From an uncultured delta proteobacterium (GTDB taxonomy: Bacteria; Myxococcota; Myxococcia; Myxococcales; Myxococcaceae), in the NCBI GenBank assembly GCA_963771175.1, contig CAVYSY010000028.1, positions 64,001 through 128,000 on the forward strand: DNA of 64,000 nt, given 5' to 3'. The number at the start of each line of letters is the position of its first letter. The stretch's first letter is position 1. Position numbers and translations under genes: made by a program. The notes beneath the pieces were generated by a model. That model searched no databases and was not told the DNA's origin. It was given only the letters and a program-made list of their open reading frames with translations. This document shows positions 40,157 to 50,849 of the stretch, piece after piece.

Positions 40157-40831
40157 ATGGCGCGTCCCCGACAGGTCCTGGACGAGGAGATTCTCGAAGT
40201 CGCGCGAGCGTGCTTCATCGAGCACGGTGCCTCGGTGAGCACCGAGGCGATCGCCGCGCGGCTGGGAGTGTCCGGACCGGCGCTGCTCAAGCGCTTCGGA
40301 AGCAAGCGGGAGCTGCTCAAGGCGGCGTTCTCGGTGGGAACGACCCCACCGTGGGCCCAGCAGTGGCTGCAGAAGGTGGAAGCGGGTCCGGACGAGCGCG
40401 AAATCCCCGTGCAGATCCTCGAGCTGAGCCTGGCCATCGACGGCTTCTTCCGGAAGATGGTGCCGGCCTTCGCGGTGTTGCGCGAGGCGGGGCTCACCCC
40501 CGAGGAGTTGCGAGGTTCGGGAAAGGACTCCCCGCCCGTCCGCTCGCACAAGATGATGGCGGGCTGGTTCCGCCGGGCCCAGGAGCAGGGCCGCCTGCGC
40601 GCGGGGGACTGTGATGTGATGGCCAGCCTGTTCCTGTCGGGCCTCCAGCACCGCTATTTCCTGGCCCACGTCTCGGGCCTTCACATCCCGACGGAGGAGG
40701 AAGATCCCTGGCTGGAGCGCATGGTGAACATCTTCTGGCACGGGGTGGCACCGGAGTCCGGGGAAGACAAGCCCGCCTCCGAGAAGACTCGCGCCTCCAG
40801 GGGCAAGAGCGATGGGAAGCGAGAAGGCTGA
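40157..40831 (+). CDS. TetR/AcrR family regulator
   Basis: MARPR..ILEVA..F..HG..STEAIAARLGVS...RFGSKREL. Confidence 0.9.
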   Translation: MARPRQVLDEEILEVARACFIEHGASVSTEAIAARLGVSGPALLKRFGSKRELLKAAFSVGTTPPWAQQWLQKVEAGPDEREIPVQILELSLAIDGFFRKMVPAFAVLREAGLTPEELRGSGKDSPPVRSHKMMAGWFRRAQEQGRLRAGDCDVMASLFLSGLQHRYFLAHVSGLHIPTEEEDPWLERMVNIFWHGVAPESGEDKPASEKTRASRGKSDGKREG

Positions 40832-40834
40832 GCC

Positions 40835-41050
40835 GAAGGAGAACGGCCCGCGCATCCGCGGGGCAGGGGCGCACGAGCTTCATCGACACGCGCGACATCG
40901 CGGCCGTGGGCGCCCGGACGCTGCTGGAGGACGGGCACGAGGGCAAGGAGTACGACCTCACCGGCTCCGAGGCGCTCACCTACGCCGAGGTGGCCACGCT
41001 CTTCACCGAGGTGCTCATCCGGCCCATCCGCTACCTCGTGACGAGCACGG
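40835..41050 (+). pseudogene. Internal fragment of an NmrA-like SDR oxidoreductase
   Basis: TSFIDTRDIAAVGARTLLEDGHEGKEYDLTGSEALTYAEVA..RPIRY with no Rossmann N-terminus. Confidence 0.7.
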
Positions 41051-41105
41051 CCGGGCAGTCGGCGACTCGCGAAGGACAGGGGACCCTCCGGGCTCGATGT
41101 TGAGC

Positions 41106-41226
41106 AACCTGTCCACTTAGTGGACAAGTTCGCGAGAAGTGCGCCCGGAAGGCCGGTGGTTCTCGGAGGACAGGACACCCCTCCGGGCCTGGTCTGGAGA
41201 AACCTGTCCGACAGTCGGACAGGTTT
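41106..41226. repeat. REP-like palindrome pair
   Basis: AACCTGTCCACTTAGTGGACAAGTT (41106-41130) and AAACCTGTCCGACAGTCGGACAGGTTT (41200-41226). Confidence 0.85.
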
Positions 41227-41344
41227 TTAGAAAGCAGGGCCGGGAGGTCGGCTTCCCCTCGGGGCTTGCCGTCTCCCGGCCCGCTCAGGCTAGAGATTGA
41301 ACGAGCAGCTCGCGTCGCAGCGCACGCAGCTCGAGCTGCCCTGG

Positions 41345-41805
41345 GGGCACCGTCTCCGTGACGGTGTTGCCGTCGTCGCAGACCTCGCCACTGCGGACGA
41401 GGCTGTCACCGCATCAGGGCCCCGTGAGGTTGAGGGTGGCCGTGCACGTCGCGTTGCAGCTCACGCAGCTCATGGTGCCATAGGGGCACGCGGTCTCCGT
41501 GACGGTGTTGCCGTCGTCACAGACCTCGCCGCTGCTGACGAGGCCGTCGCCGCAGAAGGAGCCCGTGAGGTTGAGGGTGGCCGTGCACGTCGCGTTGCAG
41601 CTCACGCAGCTCATGGTGCCATAGGGGCACGAGGTCTCCGTGACGGTGTTGCCGTCGTCGCAGACCTCGCCGCTGCTGACGAGGCCGTCACCGCAGAAGG
41701 AGCCCGTGAGGTTGAGGGGGGCCGTACACGTCGCGTTGCAGCTCACGCAGCTCATGGTGCCATAGGGGCACGAGGTCTCCGTGACGGTGTTGCCGTCGTC
41801 ACAGG
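41345..41805 (-). repeat. 141-bp coding tandem repeat (47 aa), ~3.3 copies
   Basis: CCCGTGAGGTTGAGG anchors at 41421, 41562 and 41703. Confidence 0.9.
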
Positions 41806-43666
41806 CCTCGCCGGCCGACGGGTTGATGAAACCGTCCCCGCAGAGGGCCGCCGTGCAGTCCGTGTCGCAGGAGGCCGAGCTCCCGGCCGTATCGCACTGC
41901 TCCCCCACCGCAGGATTGAGGAAGCCATCGCCACAAGCGCTCACCGTGCAGTCCGCGTCGCAGGTTGCGGTGCTGCCCCCGGTATCACACTGCTCACCCC
42001 GCGGGGTGTTGACGTAGTGGTCGCCGCAGAAGGCGATGGTGCAGTCGGCGTCGCAGCCAGCCGAGTCCACGCCACCGGTGTTGTCACACTGCTCCCCGGC
42101 ACTGGCGTTCACGAGGCCATCGCCACAGACCCTCACCGTGCAGTCCGAGTCACAGGCCGAAGACTCGCCCGCGGTGTCGCACTGCTCGATGCTCGGCGAC
42201 TGCCCGTCCACGTACCCATCACCGCAGGAGGCCAACACGCACATCGCGAGGCAGTTGTCCTCGTTGCTGCCGTTGCCATCGTCACAGGTCTCACCCTCGT
42301 CGAGGGTGCCATCGCCGCAGACGGCCGTGGGGCAGCTCGGAATTCCGGTGAAGGAGAAGGAGGTCGCCGCCGAGAGGCCGAGCGCATTGGACACCGTGGC
42401 CGTAATCGTGGGCGAGACGCCCGCGGGCACGCAGGCGGGAGCCGTCCACAGCACCTCGCTGGTGGTGGCCGTATCCGCCGGAGTGGAGAGGGTGCCGGTG
42501 CTGGCCGTCCAGGAGAAGGAGAGCGCGCTGTCCTGCGGATCCACCGCCTTCATGCCCAGGGTGACGCTGCCACCGGCTCCGACGGACGAGGCGGACCGCC
42601 AGGCCTCCATGATGTTCGGGGGGAACTTCGCCGTCGGCTTCGAGCCCACGCAGATGGACAGGGTGCCCGTCGACTGTCCTCCCCGTCCGTCCTTCGCCGT
42701 GACGGTGAGCGCACAATTGGGGCAGGTCTCACCGGCGGGCAGGGTGCTGGGGGTGAAGGTGGCGGTGGCACTCGTGGCATCGGCCCACGTGCCCGCGCAG
42801 GAGGCGCTCCACTGGTACTGGAGCACGTCTCCATCACTGTCCGAGGCGGTGGCCACCACCGTGGTGCTCTCCCCCACCTCCACCGCGGTGGGCGTGGCGT
42901 TCACGCCGCTCACCTGGGGCCAGGTGTTGATGCGCACCTCGACCTCGGCGCTCCCGGCGTTCGCCACGGTGAGGGTGAAGCTGACGGTGGCCGAGGAGCC
43001 GTGCGGATCCGTCACCGTGAAGGTCAGCGTGACGGGGCCCGGCACCGCCGGGGCCGTCCAGGTGGTGGAGAGACTCGAGGCCGCCGAGAAGCTGCCCGCC
43101 GAGGCCGTCCAGGCGTAGGCCAGCGTGTCGGCCGCGTTGACGTCCTGGGCCGAGGCCTTCAGGGACACGCTGCCGCCCGGAGCCACCGTGCCGGGCGTCA
43201 CCGTCAACGAGGTGATGGAGGGCGCCGCGTTCTCGAAGGGCGTCGGCGGAGTCACCTGCTGCAGGAGGATGGATACCACCGTCGTCACTCCGGCGAGGAT
43301 GGTGACGTCGGTGGCCTGCCCCGCGTAGAGCCGGGTGCCCGAGGCGTCGAGGGCCTCGGCGGAGAAGGTGCGCAGGGTGCCCGCGGGAATCCCCTCGAGG
43401 GTTCCGCTCCAGGAGCTTCCCGTCAGCGTCAGGGACGCGGTGCGCGGGGACATGTCCGCCGCGGTGACGGTGACTCGCACCTCGGAGATGTCAGCCGAGG
43501 AGACGGACTGAGGCAGGGAGCCCAGCACCTGGACGGAACCAACGGTTCCTGCTTCCGGTGCGCAAGCAGCGAGGGTCAAGAAGAGCAACCCGATGAAGCC
43601 AATGCATCTCCTGAGGGAGATTCGAGACACGCGGGACTCCTGAGGCATGGACGGAAAGACGTGCAT
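41414..43666 (-). CDS. Ig-like domain lipoprotein with Myxococcus Cys-rich (DUF4215) repeats; 3' end probably continues to ~41290 via frameshift
   Basis: Lipobox LAAC; many CGDG....EQCD repeats; repeat pattern continues past the stop at 41414. Confidence 0.88.
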   Translation of the reverse strand: MHVFPSMPQESRVSRISLRRCIGFIGLLFLTLAACAPEAGTVGSVQVLGSLPQSVSSADISEVRVTVTAADMSPRTASLTLTGSSWSGTLEGIPAGTLRTFSAEALDASGTRLYAGQATDVTILAGVTTVVSILLQQVTPPTPFENAAPSITSLTVTPGTVAPGGSVSLKASAQDVNAADTLAYAWTASAGSFSAASSLSTTWTAPAVPGPVTLTFTVTDPHGSSATVSFTLTVANAGSAEVEVRINTWPQVSGVNATPTAVEVGESTTVVATASDSDGDVLQYQWSASCAGTWADATSATATFTPSTLPAGETCPNCALTVTAKDGRGGQSTGTLSICVGSKPTAKFPPNIMEAWRSASSVGAGGSVTLGMKAVDPQDSALSFSWTASTGTLSTPADTATTSEVLWTAPACVPAGVSPTITATVSNALGLSAATSFSFTGIPSCPTAVCGDGTLDEGETCDDGNGSNEDNCLAMCVLASCGDGYVDGQSPSIEQCDTAGESSACDSDCTVRVCGDGLVNASAGEQCDNTGGVDSAGCDADCTIAFCGDHYVNTPRGEQCDTGGSTATCDADCTVSACGDGFLNPAVGEQCDTAGSSASCDTDCTAALCGDGFINPSAGEACDDGNTVTETSCPYGTMSCVSCNATCTAPLNLTGSFCGDGLVSSGEVCDDGNTVTETSCPYGTMSCVSCNATCTATLNLTGSFCGDGLVSSGEVCDDGNTVTETACPYGTMSCVSCNATCTATLNLTGP

Positions 43667-43719
43667 CTTCCCCGGAGTCCCCGAGCGGCTTCAATCCCCG
43701 CTACTCCATCCAGGGTCCC

Positions 43720-44136
43720 TCAGAGACCGATGCTCCGGGTGTAGCAGTAACCGAGCACGAACGCGCCCGACTCGTAGACGTAGCCACCGCACTGCTCGAT
43801 GACGGTGTAGCCCTCGATGTAGTAGTAGCCCTCCGGCTGATACGCCCAGAGATGCGTCTGGTCCACCTGGTGCGGGGCGTAGGCGGCCCAGGGGGACACC
43901 GCGTTGAAGTTCTGCACGGCGATTTCGCGCGCCACCTGCTGTGACAGGCCTGGAAGGGTGCCGTTGAGGACGGGAGTGGAGAGTCCCGCCTCGGCCGTAC
44001 CCATCGGACCCGTGGACTCCCCCATGGCACTCTCATCGGCACCACAGCCCGTCCACAACAGCATGGCGCACAGCGCTCCCGCGAGTCTCGTCACGTAATA
44101 CCTCTCCGTTGTGTGCCAGGCCGTATCGCAGGACAT
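43720..44136 (-). CDS. Small hypothetical lipoprotein
   Basis: Lipobox WTGC; Tyr-rich C-terminus; start uncertain. Confidence 0.55.
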   Translation of the reverse strand: MSCDTAWHTTERYYVTRLAGALCAMLLWTGCGADESAMGESTGPMGTAEAGLSTPVLNGTLPGLSQQVAREIAVQNFNAVSPWAAYAPHQVDQTHLWAYQPEGYYYIEGYTVIEQCGGYVYESGAFVLGYCYTRSIGL

Positions 44137-44250
44137 GCTCCGCGGTGCAGGAGCCCAGCACGAGTTGTCCGCACGCGCCGGACTCTACAAGCGCTCGCAC
44201 CCAAGAGGAGAGGAGTATGTGGTTACACCTACGCGGGACGGGAGGGGGCT

Positions 44251-46165
44251 TCAATCCCGGTGGCCCAACGCCTTGTCCAGGTTGAAGGCCGCGCTGATGA
44301 GGGACAGGTGCGTGAGGGCCTGCGGGAAGTTGCCCAGCGCCTCGCCCGAGGGCCCCGTCTGCTCGGCGAACAGCCCCACGTGGTTGGCGTAGCCCAGCAT
44401 CCGCTCGAAGGTGAGGCGCGCCTCGTCCAGCAGGTCCGGCCGCGTCACGCTCGCCCGCGTCATCGCCTCCACCAGCCAGAAGGTGCACAGGTTGAAGGTG
44501 CCCTCGCGCCCCGAGACTCCGTCCTCCGTCGCCTCCACGTCGTAGCGGAACACCAGCCCGTCCGACGTGAGCCCGCCCTGCGCTGGCGGCTTGCGCAGCA
44601 CGTCCAGCATCGAGAGCATCCGCGGGTCCACCGGGGACAGGAAGAACACCAGCGGCATCAGCAGGTTCGCCGCGTCCAGCGACATCGTCTCGTAGGACTG
44701 GATGAAGGCGCCCCGCTTCGAGCACCAGCCCCGCTGCATGATCTCCTCGAAGATGGCGTCGCGCGTCTGCAGCCAGCCGGACCCGGTCCGCCGGGAAGCT
44801 GCGCTTGTCCGCCAGCCGGATGGCCCGGTCCACCGCCACCCAGCACATCATCTTCGAGTACACGAAGTGCTGCTGCCCGGCCCGCACCTCCCAGAGGCTC
44901 TCGTCCTTGTCGCGCCAGTGCTCGCACACCCAGTCCACCAGTCGCCGCAGGTGCCGCCAGAAGTCGTACGCAGATGGGCGCGCCGTGCTTGTTGTACAGG
45001 TACACCGAGTCCATCAGCTCGCCGTAGATGTCGAGCTGGAGCTGGTGCGCCGCGCCGTTGCCCACGCGCACCGGCTTCGAGCCCAGGCTCCCCTCCAGGT
45101 GCCAGAGCTCCTCCTCCTTCGGCACCTCGCCGCCGTTCAGCGAGAACATGAGGGGGAGCGGCTCGCCCAGGCGGCAGCTCCGCGATGCGCTTCTCCAGCC
45201 AGCGCATGAACGCGCCCGCCTCCTGCTTGAAGCCGATGCGCATCAGCGCGTACACCGTGAAGGCCGCGTCGCGAATCCACACGTAGCGGTAGTCCCAGTT
45301 GCGCCGGCCGCCGGGGAACTCGGGCAGGCTGCAGGTGGGCGCCGCGACGATGGCCCCCGAGGGCTCGAACGTCATCAGCTTCAGCACCAGCGCCGAGCGA
45401 TGCACCGTCTCGCGCCACCGCCCCGTGTAGCTGCAGCCCGCGAGCCAGTGCCGCCAGTAGTCCACCGTGGAGCGGAACAGCGCCTCGGAGGCCTCGTGCC
45501 CCATCACCGTTTCGTGGCACGAGCTCCGGGGCGCCCTCGCGCAGGCTGAACACCGCCGACTGGCCCTCGCTCAACGTGAAGCGCGAGGTGACGCGCTGCC
45601 CGTCCGTCTCCAGCCTCGCCGAGGTGCTCAGCGTCAGGTTCAGCGTCGCCGAGAGGAAGCTCGCCCCGCCGTGGAGCAACCGCACCGTGTGCGGGTCCCT
45701 CGCGTAGTTGAAGGCGGGCAGGCACTCCAGGCGGAAGGCCATCTCCCCGCGCACCGCCCGGATGCGTCGCACCACCTCGCGCACCCGGTGCCCCTTGCCC
45801 AGGGGCATGAAGTCCACCAGCTCGCCCACGCCCTCCGGGGAGTAGAAGCGCGTCACCAGCACGTTGGAGTCCGGCCAGTAGAACTGCTTGTGCACCACCC
45901 GCTGGCCGTCCAGCTCCGGGGAGATGCGGAAGTGGCCTCCCTTCTCCGGGTCCAACAGGGCCGCGAAGACGCTCGGGCTGTCGAAGTGCGGGAAGCACCA
46001 CCAGTCCAGCGTCCCGTCCGTGGCCACCAGCGCCACCGTGCGCAGGTCACCGATGACGCCATGGTCCTCGATGGCCGGCGGCCGCGACGTCTTGTCCCCG
46101 TTCATGTGCTCCCTCCCGCTGACGAGCCCTGGCGATTTCCCATCCGCCGGTTCAGGGCTTGTCAT
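44251..46165 (-). CDS. Glycoside hydrolase family 15 (trehalase/glucoamylase-like); frameshifted
   Basis: [54 protein letters not shown]. Confidence 0.92.
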
Positions 46166-46253
46166 GGGCTCGACGCGCGCGACCCGCCAGCCTGGAGGGA
46201 CCGACGCGAGGGGAGAGCGCCCGGATGTCAGCACGCGGAGCTTCCGGCCCTCC

Positions 46254-46952
46254 CTATAAGACCTCGCACTGGTCCACGCTCGACTGGAAGCGCGAGTAGG
46301 AATCGCTCTTCGCCCCGGGGTTCCGGGCCAGCTTCTTCTCGCGAACGTGCCGCGCGATCGTCGGCGAGTCGGACTCCTGGTAGTGCGGGAAGCTCTTGCG
46401 CTTCTCGGGCTTGAGGTCCTTGGGAATGACCCTCCTGCGAAGCTCCTCTTTCGCGTCCTTGATCAGCCCTACCCGCTTGCCGAGATGATCATCGGGGGCG
46501 CGCCAGCTCTTCGGCCTGACGGCCTGGACCGCCTCGGGCCACATGAACCACCAGGCCTCCAGTTCCCACGCGGGCACGACCGCGTGAGCCGGGCAGCCCG
46601 CCTTGGCCAAAGCGGTCTCGATCTTCGTGCACGCCGCCTCGTGCTTCGGCTCGACGTCGTCGCAGTCCTCGTGGGCGAAGACGCACACGATGTCATGCGT
46701 GGCGCGATCGATGTCCACGGCATCGGCGATCCTCCGCGCACGATCCGGGACGTCCTCGGGCCGCGCGTTCTTGATGAGGACCAGGGGCTGCCGGCGGTGC
46801 TGGACCTTGCCAACGAGGTCCGGCCGGAGCGCCTCGATGAGCTCACGGATGGACTTCGTATCGTTCTCGTCCTCACCAAAGACCAGGATGAGGGGAGGAC
46901 GTTTGTCAGCCTTCCGCTTCCCGTCCTGACGCTTCCCCTTCTTGCCGCTCAC
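46254..46952 (-). CDS. TOPRIM-like protein (DUF4276/RloB-like)
   Basis: LVFGEDEND, AHEDCDD, ELEAWW, SDSY..F; GTGA-coupled to the ATPase. Confidence 0.65.
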   Translation of the reverse strand: MSGKKGKRQDGKRKADKRPPLILVFGEDENDTKSIRELIEALRPDLVGKVQHRRQPLVLIKNARPEDVPDRARRIADAVDIDRATHDIVCVFAHEDCDDVEPKHEAACTKIETALAKAGCPAHAVVPAWELEAWWFMWPEAVQAVRPKSWRAPDDHLGKRVGLIKDAKEELRRRVIPKDLKPEKRKSFPHYQESDSPTIARHVREKKLARNPGAKSDSYSRFQSSVDQCEVL

Positions 46953-48192
46953 CGGGGAACGCCTCCGAGCGAGCCGGTGAACCACAGTTCCCCGAGCCCC
47001 ATCCGGCCCTTGGCCCGCTCCTCCATCGCCCGGACCTCCTCGGGGTCGGCCGCGGGGATGCGGGACTCCCCGGTCTTGGGGTCTCGCTCGCAGACGATGA
47101 GTTCGTCGCGCCCGCAGCCGGTTGACCAGCGAGGGCGAGTGGGTGGCGATGAGGAACTGCGTGCGCTCCGAGGCCCAGCGCAGACGCTCGACCAATCGGT
47201 CGAAGACGTACGGGTGGAAGCCGTGGTCGATCTCCTCCACGCAGGTGAGCAGGGGAGGGTTCGGGTCGTAGAGCATGGCCAGCAGCGCCAGTGCACGAAT
47301 GGTGCCGAAGGAGGCCTCGGCCAGTGTGGTGCGTCCCTTCAAGCCAGACTCCTCCAGCTCGATGGTGACCGCCTCCGCGGCTCCGCCCACCTTTCGCAGG
47401 TGGATGCGCTTGAGACCCGGGACGATGGCACGAGCGTCCTCCTGCAATCGCTCGAAGGTCTCCTCGTCCTCGCTCAGGTAGTGAAGAAAGGCCGCGAGAT
47501 TGCTGGCATCCGGCTGAAGCGTGGGACTGCTCGAGACAGCGGACGGCTGCCTTGCGGCACGGGTATCCACATCGAAGACCCGGAAGGTGGAGAAGAGTTC
47601 GGCCATCTTCCGTACCGCGTCGCCGCCCTGCTCGGCGGAGAGCCGTGGCAGGGTGGAGAGCCCCAGCGAATCACTGCGAAGGGCGAAACCGCGCGTCGTC
47701 TTCTTCTCGCCGCGCGTCTCGACCAACTCCGCTTTCTTGCCGCTGATGGTGATGCGCCGCCCACGGCCCTTGGAGGGCTTGAAGGTGAAGTCCTCGCCTC
47801 GGGACAGATACTCCTGGAGCACCTTCGTCTGAGGATTCTGACGAACCCCTCCCAGGTGGAATCATGCGCCCCACTCGCAACGGCGCGAAGCTGAGCCCGT
47901 ACTCGTCCGGCGCCCCCTTGTGGGCATAGGAGGTGACGTGGGCCTTGACGTGGATGTGGATGGGACCGCTTGTCTTGCCCCGGAAATACACCCGCTCGAA
48001 GCCCTGGCGGCGCTCCAGCGCCGGCCCGAGATCCTCCCGCGCCGAGTCCCCCAGGAACTGGATGACGTCCAGCAGGTTGGACTTGCCGCTCCCGTTGGGG
48101 CCCACCAGCACGTTGAGCGGACCGAGCCGCACCGTGACGTCCCGGAGGCTCTTGTAGTTCTTCACCGAGAGTTCGAGCAGCGGAGTCGGCAT
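46949..48192 (-). CDS. ABC-type AAA_21 family ATPase; frameshifted
   Basis: VKNYKSL, GPNGSGKSN, ASFGT, EEIDHGFHP, IATHSP, LGELWFTG. Confidence 0.88.
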
Positions 48193-48298
48193 GGGGCCGG
48201 AATCTTGAGCACGGGGCCCCGAGTCCCACAAGCAACCGTCACGGGCGGAGGGCTCGATGCCCCTCCACCCCTTCGTACGCCTCGTCTCGTCCTCCGGA

Positions 48299-48928
48299 CT
48301 ACTCGCGCATCGCGCGCACCAGGGCCCGCGCCGGCGAGCCCCACTCCGCCTTCACCTTCAGCGGCAGGCACACCAGCTCGTGCACCCCCACCTTTATCTC
48401 GCCGAGGTCCAGGCCCTCGATGATCCACACCCCGGCCTCGCGCAGCTTCTGGTGGACCTCCAGCGTCTCGGAGTGGAAGCCGCCGCGCGACACGTAGTCC
48501 ACCCCCACGCACGCCACCTTGCGCTCCACCAGGAGCTGCGCCGCCGCGTCCGACAGCCGCACGAAGGACTCGTCGTTCGGCTGCTTCCACCACTCGCGCT
48601 GCGAGTTGCGCGTGCGCAGCAGCAGTCGCTCTCCCGGCCGGGGCTCGTAGTCCGCCAGCGAGTCCGCCCGGATGCAGTCCACGTCATCCAGGTGCAGCAC
48701 CCGCGCCCGCCCCACCGTGGCCGACAGCGGCGCCCGCTCCATGTCCTCCAGGTCCAGCTCGAGGCTCGGCGGCGCCGTCACGTACGTGCCCATCCAGGCC
48801 GCCCGCTTCAGCCACTCGGCCTGGGCCGCCGCGCCCTCTGGGAGCTCCGGCCCCGGTTCCGTCCCGTCCCCCTCCTCCGAGGGCTCCACTCCGAACGGCA
48901 CCGAGATGTCCAGCCAGACTCCCTCCAT
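48299..48928 (-). CDS. Cyclase (KynB-like) family protein with degenerate metal motif
   Basis: DIS.P, LLLRT.NS, VGVDY, H..L..GVWIIEGLDL, LPLK..GSPARA; the HxGTHxDAP position reads WMGTYVTAP. Confidence 0.8.
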   Translation of the reverse strand: MEGVWLDISVPFGVEPSEEGDGTEPGPELPEGAAAQAEWLKRAAWMGTYVTAPPSLELDLEDMERAPLSATVGRARVLHLDDVDCIRADSLADYEPRPGERLLLRTRNSQREWWKQPNDESFVRLSDAAAQLLVERKVACVGVDYVSRGGFHSETLEVHQKLREAGVWIIEGLDLGEIKVGVHELVCLPLKVKAEWGSPARALVRAMRE

Positions 48929-49052
48929 GTGCTCCTCCTCAGTCCAGACGCGGGTGGCCCTGGGGCGTCAGGAGTCCCCAGCCTAGCCCTCTCCGGGGGA
49001 CCCCCGCGAGTTCGCGCGTGCCCCGCTCGCTCGGCTGGTCTATGACGGGGCC

Positions 49053-49613
49053 GTGAGCGACCCAGTGCCCTCCGTCACCCCCTCGCGCTCGCTGTTCATC
49101 GGCGCCATCGGCGTCCTGCTGCTGTCCATCCCGTTCTTCGTCTTCGGGCTGGCCTTCCTCGATACCAAGGCCCGCATCGTGCTCCAGTGCGAGCGCGGTG
49201 GTCCCTGCACCGTCACCCGCGCCGGTTGGCTCACCGAGCAGGTCGTCGGCATCTACACGCTGGCCGAAATCCAGGGCGCCCGCGTCGAGCGCGGTCGCAG
49301 CCCCCGGGGTGAGCAGCAGAGCATCTACCGCCCCGTGCTCGTCACCACGCGGGGAGAGGTTCCCCTCGCGCACGACTGGATGGGCGAGGAGAAGCAGGCC
49401 AGCCGCCCCGTCGCCGCCATCAACCGCTTCCGCCAGAACCCCGAGAGCCCCGGCTTCACCCTGTGGCACGACGACCGGCCGCGCGCCGGGCGCATGGGGC
49501 TCATCTTCACCATCGCCGCCGGGGTCGTGCTCCTGTTCGGGCTGTTCCTGCTGTGGCGGGCCGTGAAGCGTCGCCGCGAGGAGCGGGCCCAGGGGACGGC
49601 TCCGGGGGCGTAG
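49053..49613 (+). CDS. Two-TM membrane protein
   Basis: Hydrophobic ends around a C...C periplasmic segment; GC3 bias. Confidence 0.65.
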   Translation: MSDPVPSVTPSRSLFIGAIGVLLLSIPFFVFGLAFLDTKARIVLQCERGGPCTVTRAGWLTEQVVGIYTLAEIQGARVERGRSPRGEQQSIYRPVLVTTRGEVPLAHDWMGEEKQASRPVAAINRFRQNPESPGFTLWHDDRPRAGRMGLIFTIAAGVVLLFGLFLLWRAVKRRREERAQGTAPGA

Positions 49614-49618
49614 GGGCG

Positions 49619-50133
49619 TCAGGGCTCTCCGGAGACCCCGGGGAAGCGCCTCGCCCCACCGTGGAAGTGCTCGTCCAGGAAGGCCTCGGTGCGCTCCCTC
49701 TAAGCGCGCGAGTCTCCGGGGTAGGGCCCGCCATCCTCGGACAGGTCCGCGAAGCGCGCGCGCTCCAACACCGGGGACGGACGTACATCCGTGTCGGCCG
49801 GGAGGTTCGCCTCCAAGGCAGACAGCAGGGCATGCGCCCGGTCCACACCACCGCGAGCCCCTCGCCGAGGGAGAGCCTGCCTCCGGCCAGTTCATTGAAC
49901 AGGCGGCAACTGTAGGCGCGGCAGCCCAGGGGACGCTCGGCGTAGAGCGTGCACCGGCGGTCCTTCAAGGCCGAGCAGCCCAGCCGGAGCGCGGGCGAGC
50001 CGCCCACGAGCTCCACCACGTCCAGCCCGTTGCGCCGAGCGGGAGCGATCTCCTCGGGCCGGAGAGGCACGTGGCTGAAGAGGTTGCCGTCACAGCACAG
50101 GCCGCAGCGCTGGCAGAGGGTGGACAGGGACAC
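49619..50133 (-). CDS. YkgJ family CxxCxxCC protein; one frameshift
   Basis: CQRCGLCCDG, C..L...CTLYAERP..CRAYSC. Confidence 0.8.
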
Positions 50134-50420
50134 GACATGGCTCCAGGCGTCGCGGTCCGCTCGGGGCGCGGCCGGGCCCTGTTCGAGGGGTGCACCCGCG
50201 AGGCTACTCCAGGTGGTGGGAGGCCTGGAGGGACGGAGCGAGCCTTCAAGCCCCTGCCCTCTTGGGCACCCTCTTTCCCGGCGCCTGATGTGACCAGCCC
50301 CGCGCACCTGGAAACCGCGTGGTCATGACCCATCACACCCGGGGTGAAGGGGACTCCCTCCTTATGAGGGGCGCGAAACCACCATCCAGGCAAGGCGCTC
50401 CGGAAAGTGAGGATGCCACC

Positions 50421-50822
50421 GTGAGCAAGATACTCCTGGTCGATGACGAAACCGAACTGCGTGAGCTCTACACCGATGTGCTGGAGGTCATGGGCTATGA
50501 AGTACTCCAGGCGCACGATGGCCTCGAGGCGCTGGAGATGGCCCACCAGCTTCAGCCGGACTTGATCGTGACGGACTGGATGATGCCTCGCCTGGATGGG
50601 GTCGAGCTCTGTGAGTGTCTCCTCCGAGACCCCCAGCTCCACCGCATCCCCATCATCCTGCACAGCACCCGGCGGGCTCCCCGGATCCCCGGGGTCCACA
50701 CCGTCCTCTCCAAGATCTGCCCGCTGGAGGAGTTCGAGGAGGCGGTAGCCCAGGCGCTCGATGACTCCGCTGGACACATGGAGCTGGAGACCCCTCTGCA
50801 GGTGGCCGCGGGAGCCTGGTAG
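50421..50822 (+). CDS. Single-domain response regulator
   Basis: ILLVDDE, PDLIVTDWMMP.LDG, SK. Confidence 0.9.
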   Translation: MSKILLVDDETELRELYTDVLEVMGYEVLQAHDGLEALEMAHQLQPDLIVTDWMMPRLDGVELCECLLRDPQLHRIPIILHSTRRAPRIPGVHTVLSKICPLEEFEEAVAQALDDSAGHMELETPLQVAAGAW

Positions 50823-50849
50823 GGGACGGTTCACCCTCTAAACGCCGGC

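Noticed and set aside
46254..47822. ATPase-TOPRIM fusion as one 522-aa ORF
   Set aside because: The apparent fusion comes from an indel near 47110; the ATPase ends LGELWFTGSLGGVPR at 46949 in another frame, overlapping a separate GTG start
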